Notes: generated by a model from the letters alone, not told the origin. A stretch of DNA of 64,000 nt from Candidatus Gottesmanbacteria bacterium UBA6580 (GCA_002433895.1 DJJA01000003.1:376881-440880), one strand, 5' to 3'; numbered from the stretch's first letter, positions 28,571-38,650 are shown. Numbers and translations: made by a program.

Positions 28571-30454
28571 ATGAGAACACTCGCGTCACAGGTATCGGCA
28601 TTAGAAGGAAAAACGGTTGTATTGCAGGGGTGGGTTCTTGCGCGGCGGGATCATGGCAAGATCATGTTCCTCGACCTCCGGGACCGTTCCGGTGTTGTGC
28701 AGCTTGTTGGAAGTAAATCATTGGGCGATGCGCACGCAGAAGATGTCATAACCGTCACAGGACTGGTGAAGAAGCGGCCAGAATCGATGGTAAATGAAAA
28801 AATTATTTCCGGTACCGTGGAAGTTGAGATACAGGAAATTTCGGTTATTTCCAAAGCCCGTGAGTTGCCGTTTCCCATAGACACTGACGGACACGAAGTA
28901 AATGAAGAAATCAGAGCCAAATACCGCTATCTGGATTTACGCCGTCCCAGGATGGCCCGTAATATCCGATTGCGGAGCAAAGTCGTCAATTTCATCCGTA
29001 ACTTTTTATCAAACCGCGATTTCGTTGAAATAGAAACGCCAGTGCTAACCAAAACGACCCCCGAAGGAGCGAGGGATTTCCTCGTGCCGTCACGTCTGCA
29101 GCCGGGAAAATTTTACGCACTTCCGCAGTCACCACAGCAGTATAAACAGCTTCTGATGGTTGCCGGATTTGAGCGGTATTTCCAGATTGCACGGTGTTTC
29201 CGTGATGAAGACCCCCGCCGTGACCGCGCGTATGGTGAGTTCACCCAGCTCGACATGGAAATGTCATTTGTGACGCAGGATGATATTTTAACGCTTACTG
29301 AGGAGATGTTTACCACCCTCATCCGCCTTATGTTTCCGGCCAAACACATTTCCCAAACTCCCTGGCCGAGGTTGTCACACCGGGAAGTCATGGAGAAGTA
29401 CGGCACTGACAAGCCGGATCTGCGAAAAGATAAAAATGATCCCGATGAATTGGCATTTAGCTGGACAGTTGATTTTCCGCTTTTTAATGAGCAAAAAGAT
29501 GATGATTTCTTTTACGGATCCGGTGGCGCAAAATTTGCGCCGAGCCACCATATGTTTACCGCACCGCATCCCGATGACATCCCGCTTCTTGATACCGATC
29601 CGCTGAAGGTGCGGGGACTGCAGCATGATTTGGTGCTGAACGGATTTGAGGTAGGTGGCGGGAGTATCCGTATCCATCAAGCGGAGGTACAAGCGAAGGT
29701 GTTTGACCTTATTGGATTTAGCGAAAAACAAAAGCAGGAGTTTTCCCACATGCTCACCGCGTTTAGTTATGGTGTGCCGCCACACGGTGGGATCGCGCCC
29801 GGCATCGACCGCCTGATGATGGCGCTTTTGGGAGAGCCGAGCGTGCGGGAGGTCATGGCATTTCCGACATCTGCGTCAGGTGGGACAAGTGTCATGGACG
29901 CGCCCAGTAACGCTTCACCCGAGCAGCTCGTTGAGCTTGGCATTTCCGTAGCAACAATGGGAAACACGAAAGAAGGAGGAGGTAAAGCGGTGTACGAGCG
30001 GATAGTCGGGGACATTAAGGCACTTAAATTGGCATTTGAGCCGTACGAACACGAAGCAGTGCGTACTTCAGAAGATGCCGCCAAAATCCGGAATACGCCA
30101 CTTTATGAAGGCGCAAAAGCCCTCGTGCTGTATGCGGATGAAAAACCGGTCATGGTAGTTGTTCCCGGTGACCGTAAGCTCGATATGAAAGCGTTTAAAT
30201 CGCAGTATCACATCCGTGACCTACGGATGGCAACACCCGCCCAGGTGGAGGAAGTGACCGGTGTTACTATCGGCGCGGTGCCGCCATTTGGACATATATT
30301 TGGCATACCTGCATACATGGACGCAGCGTTTAAGAAAAACTCGCACGTTTCATTTAATGCCGGTCTTCATACCCATTCCATACGGATGAGTGAAAAAGAT
30401 TATGAAAAGATGGCGAAGCCGACTATTGGTGAGTTTTCTAAAATACTTGAATGA
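28571..30454 (+). CDS. aspS: Aspartate--tRNA ligase (GAD-less) fused in frame to a C-terminal YbaK/ProX-type aminoacyl-tRNA deacylase domain
   Basis: N-terminal OB anticodon domain, class II motifs 1 to 3 (FRDED, GGGSIR, GIDRLMMAL), normal AspRS C-terminal SPEQLVELGISV; then about 165 extra residues with a YbaK-like order of motifs (YEHE..KALVL..VVPGDRKLDMKAF..GAVPPFG..SFNAG); ATG at 28571 preferred over the track TTG at 28547. Confidence 0.85.
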   Translation: MRTLASQVSALEGKTVVLQGWVLARRDHGKIMFLDLRDRSGVVQLVGSKSLGDAHAEDVITVTGLVKKRPESMVNEKIISGTVEVEIQEISVISKARELPFPIDTDGHEVNEEIRAKYRYLDLRRPRMARNIRLRSKVVNFIRNFLSNRDFVEIETPVLTKTTPEGARDFLVPSRLQPGKFYALPQSPQQYKQLLMVAGFERYFQIARCFRDEDPRRDRAYGEFTQLDMEMSFVTQDDILTLTEEMFTTLIRLMFPAKHISQTPWPRLSHREVMEKYGTDKPDLRKDKNDPDELAFSWTVDFPLFNEQKDDDFFYGSGGAKFAPSHHMFTAPHPDDIPLLDTDPLKVRGLQHDLVLNGFEVGGGSIRIHQAEVQAKVFDLIGFSEKQKQEFSHMLTAFSYGVPPHGGIAPGIDRLMMALLGEPSVREVMAFPTSASGGTSVMDAPSNASPEQLVELGISVATMGNTKEGGGKAVYERIVGDIKALKLAFEPYEHEAVRTSEDAAKIRNTPLYEGAKALVLYADEKPVMVVVPGDRKLDMKAFKSQYHIRDLRMATPAQVEEVTGVTIGAVPPFGHIFGIPAYMDAAFKKNSHVSFNAGLHTHSIRMSEKDYEKMAKPTIGEFSKILE

Positions 30455-30483
30455 CGCACGCATTGATAGACCGCATAAAAAAG

Positions 30484-31422
30484 ATGTGGGTGTTGAGATA
30501 TTGGGATAAGCTGCTGTTTGCAGTAGTGTTTATCCTATTTTTTGTGTTTTCTCCCGGGGTAAAGATACTTGAGCGGATTTCGTCTTCCGCAGGACCGCTT
30601 ACCAGAGTGTTGCCGTTTGCAACCCCTTCTCCCGCACCGTATCCTACCAACACCACGGGAATATACCCCGGATTTGAAATATCAGCAGCCGGCGTGGTGG
30701 TATATGATGTCGCAAGTGGTGTGACGCTTTTTGGTAGAAACACGGATGTATCGCTTTTTCCTGCTTCGACAACCAAAATTATGACGGCGTTGGTGGCGTT
30801 AGAGCATTATGGGCTTGACGACGTTGTGCATGTCCAGACGGTCGCGAACACAGGAGCGGTGATGGGCCTGGTGCCCGGGGAGAGGATTACGGTTGAAAAT
30901 TTGCTGTACGGCGCGCTCGTGCAATCGGGTAACGATGCTGCGTGGGCGCTGGCAGAACATTTTCCCGGTGGTGTGGAAAAGTTTGTAGAGGCGATGAACA
31001 AAAAAGCCGCTGATCTTCATTTAGTAAATACGCACTTTACCAACCCCGTCGGTTTTGATGATCCCAATCATACGATGACCGCGATTGACCTTACACGGCT
31101 TGCCGCATATGCGCTGACGAATAAAACGATTGTAAAAATTGTTGCTATACCACAGATTACTATTTCAGATGTGACACACACACAATTTCACCCACTGACG
31201 AATGTAAATACGCTGCTCGGGAAAATCCCCGGAGTTGCCGGGATAAAGACAGGCTGGACAGAAGAAGCGGGTGAAAATCTGGTAACGCTCGTAGAGCGTG
31301 ATAACCACAAAGTGATTATTGTGGTGCTTAAGAGCCTCAACCGTTTCGCTGATACTGAAGGACTTATTAACTGGGTGTTTGGTAATTATTCGTGGCAGAA
31401 CTACAATCAGGAAGCGGAGTGA
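30484..31422 (+). CDS. D-alanyl-D-alanine carboxypeptidase (serine-type, PBP5/6 family)
   Basis: SxxK ASTTK, SxN SGND, KTG KTGWT; N-terminal TM; track ORF begins at 30451 overlapping the aspS stop. Confidence 0.8.
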   Translation: MWVLRYWDKLLFAVVFILFFVFSPGVKILERISSSAGPLTRVLPFATPSPAPYPTNTTGIYPGFEISAAGVVVYDVASGVTLFGRNTDVSLFPASTTKIMTALVALEHYGLDDVVHVQTVANTGAVMGLVPGERITVENLLYGALVQSGNDAAWALAEHFPGGVEKFVEAMNKKAADLHLVNTHFTNPVGFDDPNHTMTAIDLTRLAAYALTNKTIVKIVAIPQITISDVTHTQFHPLTNVNTLLGKIPGVAGIKTGWTEEAGENLVTLVERDNHKVIIVVLKSLNRFADTEGLINWVFGNYSWQNYNQEAE

Positions 31423-31440
31423 TATTTATACGTCACGTAG

Positions 31441-32514
31441 TTAATTTGCCGTAGCCTCCACGTATTCAGGATTTACGGCAGGAACATACGCGATAAAGCC
31501 GTCATCACCTTCAAATACAAAGACGGGTTGCAGATATGTTTGTGGTTCTACGGAATCATAGTACGCCAAATACACGCTCCGTACCGTAACCACCAGTGAT
31601 TTTGGAAGTTGTAGGAGGAACCCTCCACCACTTTGCAGTTCTTGCCATGCCTGTGTGCTGGTTTTTAATGAGTATGTCGCGGAGGTCTCATAGTCTATCG
31701 GCCAGTACGCATAGCTAAAATGTAAAATACGCTTTTTTTGGTTGCCTGAGCCGGAAAATACTATAGAAATTGGCCCTTCGGAAAGTGTACCGGTGACAAC
31801 TTTTGTTCCTGCCACGTGGGGGCGGTAAAAATCTACCCGTACCGCGTCAGCCTGTGACTGGCTGGGAACCGGGACAAGTTTGTTTTCGGAAACTTTGTAA
31901 AATACGACACGGACATCTCCCGTCGCGAAATCGTCTGGAAATAGACCGTACGTTTGGAGTACATTTCTGGCTTCTGCCCGCGCCTCTTGAGCAGATGGTA
32001 CTTTGCTGTTTAAAAATAGACCGGTATCCTGTTGAAAATCGTACCGGATGATGAAATTGGTTGAAACAATGTCATACCAAAGGTGCCGGAGTTGATTAGC
32101 CGGGTCGTCGAACCGGTAAATATTTTTGTTCGATGGTTCGGGTATCGGCGTGGTCGCAAATCCCAAGCGTTTGGCGAACGCCTGGGCGGTCGACAGCGCC
32201 AGAAGGTTGGACCCTTTTTTAGGCATAAAGTAAACGTTGGCCGAAGATGAGGCGACAGGGACTGACCCCTCGATAGTTTGGAGCTGATAGATAAGTTGTC
32301 CGGCAGGAGACGCTTGCTGCGGCGGAAACGTGAGTGGAGGAAGTGATCCAAACGCGTGATTTGGTGGTGGTGCCTGCGGCGGGAAAATCGCGAGATAGGC
32401 CGTGACAATCAGTCCCCAGAATATCCGGAGCAATATGTAGCCGATAACCCCCAAAATGGACCAATTGATAGCCCTGCGGGTGTAATAAGCGGTTTCCGTC
32501 AGCGAGTTGCTCAT
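31441..32514 (-). CDS. Hypothetical membrane-anchored protein (N-terminal TM, Pro-rich linker, extracytoplasmic domain)
   Basis: Long ORF with a single N-terminal TM helix; no domain recognised. Confidence 0.5.
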   Translation of the reverse strand: MSNSLTETAYYTRRAINWSILGVIGYILLRIFWGLIVTAYLAIFPPQAPPPNHAFGSLPPLTFPPQQASPAGQLIYQLQTIEGSVPVASSSANVYFMPKKGSNLLALSTAQAFAKRLGFATTPIPEPSNKNIYRFDDPANQLRHLWYDIVSTNFIIRYDFQQDTGLFLNSKVPSAQEARAEARNVLQTYGLFPDDFATGDVRVVFYKVSENKLVPVPSQSQADAVRVDFYRPHVAGTKVVTGTLSEGPISIVFSGSGNQKKRILHFSYAYWPIDYETSATYSLKTSTQAWQELQSGGGFLLQLPKSLVVTVRSVYLAYYDSVEPQTYLQPVFVFEGDDGFIAYVPAVNPEYVEATAN

Positions 32515-32585
32515 AGGCAGTATAGTACCACAGGAAAAGGTACCCTACATTGAGTATATGGATATGACTTGATAGAATCAATCGT

Positions 32586-33998
32586 ATGACGACGCGTACA
32601 CGGATTGCGCCATCTCCAACGGGTTTTCCGCACATCGGGACTATATACCAAGTGCTTATCGACTATGCTTATGCGCATAAAACAGGAGGAAAGTTTATTC
32701 TCCGGTTGGAAGATACCGACAGAGCGCGGTTTGTGGAAGGGGCGGAAGAGGTAATATACGCGTCCCTCGCGTGGTTTGACTTGTTGCCTGATGAAAGTCC
32801 AAAAATAGGTGGTCCGTTTGCGCCATACCGGCAATCAGAGCGTCTCGCTATTTATAAAAAGTACGCCGATGAACTCATCAGTAAGGGGCACGCATATTAT
32901 TGTTTTTGTACCCGCGAGCGGCTGGAAACGATGCGGAAAGATCAGGAAGCGAAACATCAACCACCTATGTATGACAAAACATGCATGGCGCTTACCCCCG
33001 GTGACGTTGCGGCAAAATTAGCCGCACATGAGCCCTATGTCGTCCGGATGAAAATACCCGAACACGAAAAAATTGCGTTTGATGACATAATTTCGGGTCA
33101 TATCGAATTTGATAGTGATGTTATCGATCACCAGGTTATCATGAAATCAGATGGCTTCCCGACATATCATTTTGGTGTGGTCGTGGACGATCATCTGATG
33201 GAGATTACTCATGTATTCCGGGGGAAAGAGTGGATTTCTTCCACGCCAAAACACGTGTTGTTGTATAAATATTTTGGTTGGCAAATGCCGGTACATGGCC
33301 ATTTACCTCTGATCCTCAATGAGGATGGTAAGGGAAAATTATCGAAGCGTCACGGTCACGCCTCGGTTGACTATTACCGTAAAGCAGGGTATTTGCCTGA
33401 AGCAGTGCTGAATTATTTGTCTAACATCGTCTGGAACCATCCCGAAGGAAAAGAAATTTATGACCGTAAGGAATTTATAGAACAGTTTGAGGTAACGGCA
33501 ATTACGGCGCAAGCGCCCCGTTTTGATTTAAAAAAACTTGATTGGGTAAATGGCCAGTATATCCGTGCTATGCAGGATGAAGACTTGCTCGCGCGCATTG
33601 CCGATTTTGACGATAGGGTAAAGCAATTGGATAAAACACTGCTTATGAAAACTATGCCTTTGGTAAAGGAAAGGATGCACCTTTTGAGTGACTACTGGTC
33701 GCTCGCGGCTTTCTTTTTTGAGGCGCCGAAGGAATTTGAGCGCCCCTTAAATAAAGAATTAGTGAACGTAGCAGTGAACGCTTTAGGGGAATGTGACTGG
33801 TCACATGAAAAGATGGAGCAAGCAATACGAGCGGCGTCAGATACTGCAAAATTGAAAGCGCGCGATGTGTTTATGGAATTGCGTTTAGCGGTAACCGGAA
33901 AAATGGTTGGACCACCGCTTCTCGAATCGCTTGAAGTGTTGGGCAAAGATATAACTTTAGGTCGGTTTCAACGCGAAGAATTAGATAAGCTTCTCTAA
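32586..33998 (+). CDS. gltX: Glutamate--tRNA ligase
   Basis: HIGH motif PSPTGFPHIGT, KMSKS-like KLSKR, class I catalytic core plus anticodon-binding domain. Confidence 0.9.
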   Translation: MTTRTRIAPSPTGFPHIGTIYQVLIDYAYAHKTGGKFILRLEDTDRARFVEGAEEVIYASLAWFDLLPDESPKIGGPFAPYRQSERLAIYKKYADELISKGHAYYCFCTRERLETMRKDQEAKHQPPMYDKTCMALTPGDVAAKLAAHEPYVVRMKIPEHEKIAFDDIISGHIEFDSDVIDHQVIMKSDGFPTYHFGVVVDDHLMEITHVFRGKEWISSTPKHVLLYKYFGWQMPVHGHLPLILNEDGKGKLSKRHGHASVDYYRKAGYLPEAVLNYLSNIVWNHPEGKEIYDRKEFIEQFEVTAITAQAPRFDLKKLDWVNGQYIRAMQDEDLLARIADFDDRVKQLDKTLLMKTMPLVKERMHLLSDYWSLAAFFFEAPKEFERPLNKELVNVAVNALGECDWSHEKMEQAIRAASDTAKLKARDVFMELRLAVTGKMVGPPLLESLEVLGKDITLGRFQREELDKLL

Positions 33999-34011
33999 AT
34001 AATAAGGAGGG

Positions 34012-34872
34012 TTAGACGTAGTCAATCCAATGTGGGTCTGTCTCCACCGTCAGCTCTAGATACACTTTTTTATTCGCAGCGACTTCGAGTTCTTTGCGGG
34101 CTGCCATACTTATTTCTTTTATCATGGATCCGTCTTTTCCGATGATCATGCCCTTGTAGCGGTCAGCGGATGTAAGCAAGCGTGCTTTGATATAGGTAAC
34201 ACCATTATCCCGTTCTTCTATTTCATCAACAAACGCCGCTATCGCATAGGGTACTTCGCGGCGAAGATTGAGGAATGCTTTCTCACGGATAATTTCCGCG
34301 ATAAATGTTTTACTGTCTAAGTTAAGTCCCGGCTGAGGCAGCGTGGATGTATCGATAAACGGCTGTCCTTCGGGTAAGTACTCAAAGATGGCGTTGAGAA
34401 GCAGTGGGATATGTTTATTTTCGAGCGCGGATATCTCTATGACCTGATCAAATTCATCTTCCATAAACCGGTACTGCACCATGTGTGTCGGACTTTGTAC
34501 GTCGACTTTATTGATAACGAGTATTTTCGGGATTTTCAGCTTGCGGACAATGCCCAGTACCCGGTTTTCTTCTTCTGCCCGTTCCCTCGTATGGTCTACC
34601 ATATAGACGATTACATCGACGCCTTTTTCTATGGTTTCCTCGGTTCTTAGGTTGATGCGCGCGGATACCTGGTCGATGACCTTAGCAAATATACCCGGAG
34701 TATCCATAAAAACGATCTGTCCGCGTTCGTCTTCAAATACCGCCTGAATAGGGAAACGGGTGGTTTGTGGTTTAGGCGAGGTAATAGACACCTTCTGTCC
34801 CAAGATGGTGTTAAGAAGGGTCGATTTACCTACATTTGGGCGCCCTACAAGGGCGACGACACCGGCTTTCAT
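34012..34872 (-). CDS. era: GTPase Era
   Basis: G1 GRPNVGKSTL, G3 DTPG, G4 NKVD, C-terminal KH domain. Confidence 0.9.
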   Translation of the reverse strand: MKAGVVALVGRPNVGKSTLLNTILGQKVSITSPKPQTTRFPIQAVFEDERGQIVFMDTPGIFAKVIDQVSARINLRTEETIEKGVDVIVYMVDHTRERAEEENRVLGIVRKLKIPKILVINKVDVQSPTHMVQYRFMEDEFDQVIEISALENKHIPLLLNAIFEYLPEGQPFIDTSTLPQPGLNLDSKTFIAEIIREKAFLNLRREVPYAIAAFVDEIEERDNGVTYIKARLLTSADRYKGMIIGKDGSMIKEISMAARKELEVAANKKVYLELTVETDPHWIDYV

Positions 34873-34902
34873 GTACGTATTGTACTATAATTACCCATAA
34901 CC

Positions 34903-35430
34903 ATGCAGAAAATACGTGATGAAGTGCTCGTTGCTGAGGTGGCGGAAGGGAATATCTCCGCGTTTGAGGAGTTGGTTAACCGGTACCAAAAAAAACTCCT
35001 TTCGTTTGTATTTTCTATTGTCTGGGATGAAGCTGCCGCACAGGATGTGGTTCAGGAAACGTTTATCAGCCTCTATAAAACAATCGACCGCATTGATACG
35101 GCGAAGAAGTTTTCGGCATATTTATTTTCCATTACGAGAAACTATGCTATTTCATATCTAAGGAGCCGCAAAGTGCACGCTCCGCTAGAGACAGCGGAGA
35201 AAGTTGCTGGAGACGATAATCCGGAATTACGGTTAGAGGTGAGTGATGAAAACAAGCGTGTACAAGAAGCACTCAATATCATAGATCACAAATATAAGCA
35301 GGTGATTATGCTTTATTATTTCGATGATTTATCATATGAAGAGATAGCAAGTCGTCTCGGTGTACCGGTAAATACGGTGCGCACCCATCTGAAGCGCGCC
35401 AAAGAAGCGCTTCGCCGGGTATTACTATGA
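34903..35430 (+). CDS. RNA polymerase sigma factor, ECF (sigma-70 regions 2 and 4)
   Basis: Region 2 FSIVWDEAAAQDVVQETFISLY, region 4 HTH LSYEEIASRLGVPVNTVRTHLKRA. Confidence 0.85.
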   Translation: MQKIRDEVLVAEVAEGNISAFEELVNRYQKKLLSFVFSIVWDEAAAQDVVQETFISLYKTIDRIDTAKKFSAYLFSITRNYAISYLRSRKVHAPLETAEKVAGDDNPELRLEVSDENKRVQEALNIIDHKYKQVIMLYYFDDLSYEEIASRLGVPVNTVRTHLKRAKEALRRVLL

Positions 35431-35822
35431 AAAAAACAGATGTTACCCATGCCGTTATGGAGAAAGTGACCCGGTTTGAGGAGAACCGGTCACGGCGGTG
35501 GATAGTCGTATTTATTGCAATAATTTTAGGTATCGCGGCACTTATCGGGGCAGCTGTGCTGCGGACATACGATGTGCTTAGTAAGCAACACACATTGGAT
35601 CTTCTTGAAATTTTTTATGAAGACAAAGAAATAATTGCAGAGTTTTGGCGGGACGCAGTCGCGGTCATTGTGGAGGAACTGCCGAAGCAGACTATATTCA
35701 TGGGATTACTACTCTGTGTTCTTCTGGTGACTATCTGGGCGATAACACGCCGCCGAAGAAAAATTGTGCAGCGGCGACTGAGTGAACTTGCAAAACGCAG
35801 GAAAAAAAGCAACAATAACTGA
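35427..35822 (+). CDS. Putative anti-sigma factor (two-TM membrane protein)
   Basis: Start overlaps the sigma gene stop; two predicted TM helices; typical genomic position of a cognate anti-sigma. Confidence 0.5.
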   Translation: MKKTDVTHAVMEKVTRFEENRSRRWIVVFIAIILGIAALIGAAVLRTYDVLSKQHTLDLLEIFYEDKEIIAEFWRDAVAVIVEELPKQTIFMGLLLCVLLVTIWAITRRRRKIVQRRLSELAKRRKKSNNN

Positions 35823-35839
35823 GTAAAGAAAGGGGGAGC

Positions 35840-36292
35840 ATGAAAAACTACTTACCCATCATCATCGGCGTCTTTGTGATAATCGCTGTAGGATTTCTTG
35901 TCCGTCAGTATTCCATGAGCCGGGTAGCACCACTGAGTTCTTCGGGAAACAACGCAGTACCCACAGTTGCCCAGGAGCCGGGGGAAACTGTAGAAACGGG
36001 CACCACCCCGATTGAAGAAAAGGATGCGGTGGTTACCTCCGCGAGTATTTCTCTTGCCATAAGTTCTCCGGCAAATAATATCACTGTCACGAGTAGCTCA
36101 CTGGTAGTGCGGGGGAAAACTGCACCAAAAGCAGAAGTATTTGTAAATGATGCGGAAACAGAGGCAGATGCCAATGGAAATTTTTCTGTGACGCTTACAT
36201 TGGATGAAGGTGAAAACTACATACTCGTGGTGGCAAACGATGCGAATGGTAATTTCTCCGAAAAGGAGCTCACGATCACCTATACACCGTAG
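35840..36292 (+). CDS. Exported protein with Ig-like beta-sandwich domain
   Basis: N-terminal TM/signal; ITVTSSSLVVRGKTAPKAEVFVNDAETEADANGNFSVTLTLDEGENYILVVAND Ig-like pattern. Confidence 0.5.
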   Translation: MKNYLPIIIGVFVIIAVGFLVRQYSMSRVAPLSSSGNNAVPTVAQEPGETVETGTTPIEEKDAVVTSASISLAISSPANNITVTSSSLVVRGKTAPKAEVFVNDAETEADANGNFSVTLTLDEGENYILVVANDANGNFSEKELTITYTP

Positions 36293-36344
36293 TGAAACTT
36301 TTTGTCCGCTTTCCGCGTACTACATATAGAAAGGTATATTTCGT

Positions 36345-37115
36345 ATGAATACAACTCATAAAGTAGCCGTTAGTGTATTGACCCTTATATTAGTGTTGGG
36401 ATTACCAGCACACACAGTGCTTGCAGACGACGATCAGGGAGATGATGATCGGGGTGGGCTGCGTCAGGCAAAAGTGGAGGCACGGGTAGAATTCCGGCAG
36501 GAAAAGAAAAACATTTTTGAGAAATTCCGCGAAAGAGTCGGTTCACGAACTGCGGAACTTAAAAATTTTCTTGGTGGTGGTAGAGCAGCTATAGGGAGCG
36601 GTACGATTACCGCCAAAACCGATACCACGCTTACCGTTGAGAAAGACGGAAAAAGCTACCTTGTTAACTTAGGCGATAAAACACAAATCCGCCGCAGATT
36701 TTGGGGGAAGTCCGATCTTTCGGAGTTTAGTGTCGGAAATGTCGTAAATGTCATTGGTCTGTGGACAGATGACACCCACACGGCCATAAATGCAACTTTG
36801 GTGCGAAACGTTTCTATACAGAAGCGCTTCGGTGTGTTTTTCGGAGACGTGAAGTCGCTTGTTACGAACGGTTGGGTGATGAGCACTAAAAGCGGCAACC
36901 GCGCAGATCAGACAGTCACCGTCACTTCTGATACGAAATTTGAAAACCGTAACGGCGAGACGATTACTAAGGCTGATGTCGTCGTAGGACACAAGGTGCG
37001 TGTCCGCGGGCTCTGGGACAAAACGTTAAACACCGTGACGGAAGTCACACAGGTCAAGGACTTTAGTTTGCCTGTCCAGGTAGAAGTGAAAGCGACGGTC
37101 ACTCCTACTCCATAA
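36345..37115 (+). CDS. Secreted DUF5666-like repeat protein
   Basis: Signal peptide; two repeats of TxTVxVTSDTKFE..G..I...D...G..V.VxGLW type. Confidence 0.5.
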   Translation: MNTTHKVAVSVLTLILVLGLPAHTVLADDDQGDDDRGGLRQAKVEARVEFRQEKKNIFEKFRERVGSRTAELKNFLGGGRAAIGSGTITAKTDTTLTVEKDGKSYLVNLGDKTQIRRRFWGKSDLSEFSVGNVVNVIGLWTDDTHTAINATLVRNVSIQKRFGVFFGDVKSLVTNGWVMSTKSGNRADQTVTVTSDTKFENRNGETITKADVVVGHKVRVRGLWDKTLNTVTEVTQVKDFSLPVQVEVKATVTPTP

Positions 37116-37185
37116 ATTTGGTATCCGATAAGTACCCACTAGCCCCGCCATCAGGCGGGGTTTTTGGTGTGATAGAATTGCCACA

Positions 37186-38001
37186 ATGAAGCTCTCCAAA
37201 ACTACCGTGAGGAAATTTCAGGATATGATTTTTTCCTGGTGGAAGGATAATCGCAGAGATTTGCCTTGGCGCCGTACGAGAAATCCTTATCACATCCTTG
37301 TTTCCGAAGTCATGCTGCAACAGACACAGGTTTCGAGAGTATTACCGAAGTACGCGGAGTTTCTGGCGGTATTTCCTGATGTTTATAGTCTTGCTGCGGC
37401 ACAACCCGCAAAGGTGCTTACCTTGTGGCGGGGATTGGGATATAACCGGAGGGCACTGTATCTCCAAAAAGCCGCAAAAGTGATTGTTACGGATCATAAG
37501 GGTATATTTCCGGATAGCGAGGTGGCGCTTACTAAACTTCCAGGATTGGGGTTATATACTGCTCGAGCAATTATGGTGTTCGCTTTTGAAAAAAACGTCG
37601 CCATGGTAGATACAAACATACGACAGATTATTACTCACTATCTCTTTAATGGGCTGCCACAAAAGGAAAAATTAATTCAAGAAGCTGCCGATATGTTGGT
37701 GCCGGATGGTCGCGCGTGGGAATGGCATCAGGCACTCATGGATTTCGGGGCGAGTGCTATGGGTAAAGAGAAGAGATCAATGCACATCGTCAAAAAGCAG
37801 GCGCCTTTTAAGGGTTCAGATCGGTATTATCGGGGGAGGATTATCGATGTGCTTCGGGTAGGCAGTGTGAAAGAGCTGCAGTTGGTTGCTGACTTTGTTG
37901 ACGAGTACAGTAAAACTCCTGATTTTTTTCACCGGATAATAGATGGATTGGAGAAAGACGGGTTGCTCGTGAGGAAAAAAGGTTTACTGACACTCCCGTA
38001 A
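37186..38001 (+). CDS. HhH-GPD base-excision DNA glycosylase (MutY/Nth family) lacking Fe-S cluster cysteines
   Basis: WRRTRNPYHILVSEVMLQQTQV, HhH LPGLGLYTARAI, catalytic D in VDTNIRQI; no CX6CX2CX5C motif. Confidence 0.75.
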   Translation: MKLSKTTVRKFQDMIFSWWKDNRRDLPWRRTRNPYHILVSEVMLQQTQVSRVLPKYAEFLAVFPDVYSLAAAQPAKVLTLWRGLGYNRRALYLQKAAKVIVTDHKGIFPDSEVALTKLPGLGLYTARAIMVFAFEKNVAMVDTNIRQIITHYLFNGLPQKEKLIQEAADMLVPDGRAWEWHQALMDFGASAMGKEKRSMHIVKKQAPFKGSDRYYRGRIIDVLRVGSVKELQLVADFVDEYSKTPDFFHRIIDGLEKDGLLVRKKGLLTLP

Positions 38002-38010
38002 TACCTATTA

Positions 38011-38637
38011 TTATTTGCTGAATATCTCAATACCTCCGTTCCCTCCGGGGTACACAAAGCTTGTTTCAAACGTTTCCCGACTTATACGGCGTGACGGGTG
38101 AGGCGGCAGACCTGGGTCGTGGAGAGAAAAGTGGATGCCGTCAAAGTCATACAGTAGTACATAATGGAGCATAAATCCCGGTTTACTGTTGAGAATACTT
38201 GAGTTAAGCGTAACGCCGACCAGATTATCCTTGTGAAGGAAGGAAATGATTTCTTCTATACTAGCTCGGCGGGTTTCGTGGGGAACGAGGCGTAAAAATT
38301 CCGGGATATCCGGAATTACAAATGCGATATTTGATCGTTCGAGATAGTATTTGGTCGTATCCGCGCCAAAAACTTGTTGTAAGTATTTTGTTCCTTCTTT
38401 ATAGAGTCTGTCGTAGTCGACTGGCTCAATGTTACGAACCTTAATTCCCCGTTTCGCGAGCGCTATGTCGCCGCCTACTGTCCATGTCCCCTTGCTGGGG
38501 ATTGCCTTGGTCAGCATATCGATTTCTTCCCACGTCATATCCTGATTGTTGTAGTGCTTGAGCACCATGCGGAATACTGCGTTGACGCAGTGCGTGTCGT
38601 CACCGCTATTGGAGACAAACGGGGGGATACGTTTCAT
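38011..38637 (-). CDS. Putative papain-like cysteine peptidase (C39-like)
   Basis: DDTHCVNAV catalytic Cys context and downstream HDPG; start moved to MKRIPPF to avoid overlap with mazG-like gene. Confidence 0.45.
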   Translation of the reverse strand: MKRIPPFVSNSGDDTHCVNAVFRMVLKHYNNQDMTWEEIDMLTKAIPSKGTWTVGGDIALAKRGIKVRNIEPVDYDRLYKEGTKYLQQVFGADTTKYYLERSNIAFVIPDIPEFLRLVPHETRRASIEEIISFLHKDNLVGVTLNSSILNSKPGFMLHYVLLYDFDGIHFSLHDPGLPPHPSRRISRETFETSFVYPGGNGGIEIFSK

Positions 38638-38650
38638 GGAAATATCTGCT

